From assembly GCA_009929055.1 (NCBI GenBank), contig SABI01000001.1:1-56173 (forward strand): a DNA stretch of 56,173 nucleotides. The letters run 5' to 3'. Below the pieces are notes generated by a model that had not been told where the DNA came from, did no database searches, and saw nothing but the letters and a program-made list of their open reading frames with translations. This stretch comes from Spirochaetia bacterium. Lineage in GTDB: Bacteria > Spirochaetota > Spirochaetia > Sphaerochaetales > Sphaerochaetaceae. Shown in pieces: positions 53,384 to 56,173 of this stretch. The translations under genes were made by a program, and so were the position numbers. The stretch's first letter is position 1, and each line of letters opens with the position of its first letter.

Positions 53384-55489
53384 GTGAAACACTATCTTCG
53401 TGCTCAATTATTTCAATATTTAATGAGTACTTATTATATGGGACTAAGAGAAGTTCCAGAACAAAGGGTTCTTCCTTTCAATTTTCGTTACCAAAAACCA
53501 AAAGAACTTCTTAGCAAAATGAGCGATAGTGAAAAACTTACCCTTATTGCAGGAATAAAAAACTTCTGCATTCCTGGAGTCGATTCTTTAAATCTCCCTC
53601 CTGTTTGGATGAGCGATGCCTCTAGTGGAGTGAGGGGTGTTGATGCCAATGTTACCTCTTTTCCATCTGTTATTGCGATGGGCTCTACTTTTAACAAAGA
53701 CCTTATAAAAAAAGGGGGCGAAATAATTGCCAAAGAGTGTCGTGCTCTTGGTATTTCAATTCTTCTTGCCCCTGGGGTGAATATTGCCCGAGTTCCAATT
53801 AATGGAAGAAACTTTGAATATTTCGGAGAAGACCCATATCTCGCTAAGATGATGGCCCTTTCCTATGTAAAAGGGGTTCAAAGTAAAGGGGTAGGGGTAA
53901 GTGTAAAACATTTTGCGTGTAATAATAGTGAATATGATCGGCATAAGAGTAATTCAATAGTTGATGAGAGAACTTTGAGAGAGATATACCTCCCCCCATT
54001 TAAAACATGTGTGGAGGGTGGTGCTGTTGGGATTATGACAAGTTATAATCAAATAAATGGGGAATATGGGAGTGAACATTCCTATTTACTCACTCAGATT
54101 TTACGAAAAGAGTGGAACTATAAGTATATGGTCATTAGTGACTGGAATAGCCTGTATTCAAAAGATGCTTCTCTAGCTCATGGTGTCGATATTGAGATGC
54201 CAAAAAGAAAATACTTTCCTAAACCTGATACTATTCTTACTGAGGAACAACGAGAACAGGTAGATGAAAAAGTATTACATATATTGAACTCTATTGATGC
54301 TATTGGTGCCTATAAGAGAGACCTCCTTGATAAAAGAGATCAGTTAAAAACAAAAGAGCATGAAAATATTGCCCTTAGTATTGCCAAAGAGTCTCTTGTT
54401 TTATTAAAGAATGAAAATGTGCTCCCTTTAATCTCTAGAAAAGTGAAGAGGATAGCTGTTGTGGGAAGGTTTGCAACAAAAGAGCCAACAGGGGGAGGAG
54501 GCTCTAGTTTTATAAAACAATCTTACCCCGGTCGTTCTATTGAAAAGGAGATAAAAGAGGCCTTTCCTAATTGTTCAGTAACAAGCTTTAAAAAGAGATG
54601 GTATAAGAGTCGAGAGATTTCTCAGTATGTCAGTTCATGTGATGCTGTTATTGTGAGTGTTGGATTTAATCATGTTGATGAAAGTGAAGCATATGATAGA
54701 AGATGGACTCTACACAATTCTGATATTGAAGATATTACTCATGCAAGTAAGATGAATGATCATACTATTGTTGTCGTTCACTCGGGGGGTGCATTAGAGA
54801 TGCCTTCTTGGTACCATCTTCCTCATGCAATTATCTATAGTGGGTATTTGGGCTCTTATTCTGCAAAAGCTATTAAGGGTCTTTTATTTGGTGAATTTAG
54901 TCCTAGTGGGCGTCTTCCTTTTACTATTGCACACAAATTAGAAGACTATGTTAGTATGGAAAACTATCCAAAAGATTTTGATAAAATTTCTTTAAGAAGA
55001 ATCGTTGTAGGACAAGGAAAACCTCATGTAAGAAATATTATTGATATCCCTTATGATGAGAAGCTGATGGTAGGATACCGTCAGTTTGATACGATTGGAC
55101 CTGATCCTCTCTATCCATTTGGGTCTGGGTTAAGTTATGCTTCTTTCAAGTACGAGGGGCTTATTGTAGAACAGAATGAGAATAAGCTCTCTATTTCATT
55201 TACTCTTACTAATACAAGTTCAATAGTAGCAAGTGAAGTTCCTCAGTTGTATATACGACCAAAAGTGAGTAATCGTGAAAAACCTTTTCAACAGTTGAAA
55301 GGATTTACGAAGGAGTCTCTTAAAGCTAAAGAAAAGAGAGTGGTCTCTTTTTCCCTAAGTGAAGAAGATTTCTCCTATTGGGATGATGATAAGAAGAAGT
55401 GGGTAGTAGATAAAGAGCCCTATACTGTTTGTATTGGTAGCTCTTCAAAAGATCTTAGGTTGGTAAGTGAAGAAATAATAATGCCCTGA
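53384..55489 (+). CDS. glycoside hydrolase family 3 beta-glucosidase/beta-hexosidase-like enzyme
   Basis: 701 aa with a GTG start and AAGGGGGA RBS. GH3 motifs KHFACNN and VISDWNS (nucleophile Asp), plus a C-terminal Fn3-like domain. Confidence 0.85.
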   Translation: MKHYLRAQLFQYLMSTYYMGLREVPEQRVLPFNFRYQKPKELLSKMSDSEKLTLIAGIKNFCIPGVDSLNLPPVWMSDASSGVRGVDANVTSFPSVIAMGSTFNKDLIKKGGEIIAKECRALGISILLAPGVNIARVPINGRNFEYFGEDPYLAKMMALSYVKGVQSKGVGVSVKHFACNNSEYDRHKSNSIVDERTLREIYLPPFKTCVEGGAVGIMTSYNQINGEYGSEHSYLLTQILRKEWNYKYMVISDWNSLYSKDASLAHGVDIEMPKRKYFPKPDTILTEEQREQVDEKVLHILNSIDAIGAYKRDLLDKRDQLKTKEHENIALSIAKESLVLLKNENVLPLISRKVKRIAVVGRFATKEPTGGGGSSFIKQSYPGRSIEKEIKEAFPNCSVTSFKKRWYKSREISQYVSSCDAVIVSVGFNHVDESEAYDRRWTLHNSDIEDITHASKMNDHTIVVVHSGGALEMPSWYHLPHAIIYSGYLGSYSAKAIKGLLFGEFSPSGRLPFTIAHKLEDYVSMENYPKDFDKISLRRIVVGQGKPHVRNIIDIPYDEKLMVGYRQFDTIGPDPLYPFGSGLSYASFKYEGLIVEQNENKLSISFTLTNTSSIVASEVPQLYIRPKVSNREKPFQQLKGFTKESLKAKEKRVVSFSLSEEDFSYWDDDKKKWVVDKEPYTVCIGSSSKDLRLVSEEIIMP

Positions 55490-55507
55490 AGCTAAATACC
55501 TCAGGGC
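55483..55507. terminator. weak hairpin between the convergent GH3 and tpx genes
   Basis: GCCCTGA-(11 nt)-TCAGGGC includes the GH3 stop codon. There is no U-run on either strand. Confidence 0.3.
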
Positions 55508-55532
55508 ACCAATAGTAGAGAAAAGGGGCTCT

Positions 55533-56021
55533 TTATTTCTTAAGAGCTTCTAATGCTGCTTCATAATTTGGGTGATTTGTTACTTCACTTACATATTCTA
55601 CATATGTGACTCTGTTTGATTCATCGAGCAAAAATATACTTCGAGCGATGAGTCCTACATTCGGTAAGTATGTTCCAAATGCATGGGCAAAGCTTCTGTC
55701 TTTGTGGTCACTTACTGTAATTACGTTCTTCACTCCATGAGCTCCGCACCAACGAGCTTGAGCAAATGGGAGATCCATTGAAACAGTTAATACTGTCACA
55801 TTAGGGAATTTTGTTGCTTCCTCATTGAATCTTCTTACTTCAGCATCACATACTGATGTGTCTAGAGATGGAACTGCTACAATGAGCTTTTTCCCTTTTA
55901 TATCACTAAGTTTAAATGGGCTTAAATCATTATTAACAGCTGTAAAATCAGCAATTGTATCACCAACACGAACTTCTTGACCAACTAGTTCAACTACGTT
56001 TCCGGCAAATGTTACTTTCAT
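55533..56021 (-). CDS. tpx: thiol peroxidase
   Basis: PSLDTSVCDAE (peroxidatic Cys) and ARWCGA (resolving Cys). The start is moved to ATG 56021 (GAAGGAAGG RBS). Confidence 0.9.
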   Translation of the reverse strand: MKVTFAGNVVELVGQEVRVGDTIADFTAVNNDLSPFKLSDIKGKKLIVAVPSLDTSVCDAEVRRFNEEATKFPNVTVLTVSMDLPFAQARWCGAHGVKNVITVSDHKDRSFAHAFGTYLPNVGLIARSIFLLDESNRVTYVEYVSEVTNHPNYEAALEALKK

Positions 56022-56088
56022 ATAGTACCTTCCTTCATTTATTACTTTCAAGATAATAAAGAAATATTTAATAGGCAATCTGTTTTAG

Positions 56089-56116
56089 TTGACACTACTC
56101 AATTCTTCACTATATC
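56089..56116 (+). promoter_or_regulatory. promoter of tRNA-Leu
   Basis: TTGACA (56089-56094), 16 nt, TATATC (56111-56116), 12 nt before the mature tRNA 5' end. Confidence 0.5.
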
Positions 56117-56128
56117 ATTTCCACCAAC

Positions 56129-56173
56129 GCCCAGATGGCGGAATTGGTAGACGCGCTAGGTTCAGGTCCTAGT
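56129..56173 (+). tRNA. tRNA-Leu (anticodon CAG), 5' part, truncated by the window end
   Basis: GCCCAGATGGCGGAATTGGTAGACGCGCTAGGTTCAGGTCCTAG: a type-II tRNA D-arm with anticodon stem CTAGG/CCTAG and loop TTCAGGT. Confidence 0.85.

Noticed and set aside
1-56173. Screen for mobile elements, CRISPR arrays, reverse transcriptases, toxin-antitoxin pairs, restriction-modification or other defence genes, and long repeats.
   Set aside because: No translated ORF shows transposase, integrase, Cas, RT, nuclease-methylase or small TA-pair signatures, and I saw no spaced direct-repeat arrays. The window reads as conserved core chromosome. This was a by-eye screen only.

Overview
AT-rich (roughly mid-30s % GC by eye, not computed), gene-dense chromosomal segment with about 55 CDS and 2 tRNAs. 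It looks like core genome of a spirochaete-like bacterium. The evidence is a two-subunit archaeal/eukaryote-type PheRS, a mitochondrial/'spd'-type EF-G, ThyX, HPr plus HPr kinase next to rpoN, and many lipoproteins with relaxed lipoboxes. All product calls come from motifs read in the supplied translations and recalled family signatures; no searches were run.

Content in order:
- GH36 alpha-galactosidase and GNAT
- a six-gene lipoprotein island
- tRNA-Cys
- DeoR / Ldh2-family dehydrogenase / malic enzyme operon
- AlaX
- purine salvage cluster (purB, purA, gpt-like, hpt) and a SulP transporter
- flavin-reductase-like / E1-alpha / E1-beta operon
- purH, pheST, bcp, HIT, fusA
- an orphan KaiC/RecA-like P-loop protein
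- ispDF and carD, malQ, an orphan family-5 SBP, lplA, rsmE, thyX
- an E2-catalytic-domain-only protein
- uvrC, then the hprK-ptsH-lexA-holA string
- hpf, then rpoN-lptB-lptA-lptC-rseC-ymdB
- GH3 glycosidase, tpx, and a truncated tRNA-Leu

I saw no transposase, integrase, phage, CRISPR, reverse transcriptase, restriction or recognisable defence genes, so most of the window is ordinary housekeeping DNA.

The best candidate for an undescribed system is the lipoprotein island at 4389-9549. It has one LpoB/FlgO-like lipoprotein, four LPP20/FlgP-like lipoproteins and a divergent 437-aa lipoprotein. Secondary candidates:
- an E2/E3-less flavoprotein + E1-alpha/beta operon in which every gene uses a non-ATG start
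- a lipoyl-domain-less E2-core homologue with the catalytic His replaced by Glu
- a pseudo-ATPase-looking KaiC/RecA-like orphan
- a YmdB homologue with degenerate metal ligands
- lexA embedded in an hprK-ptsH-holA operon
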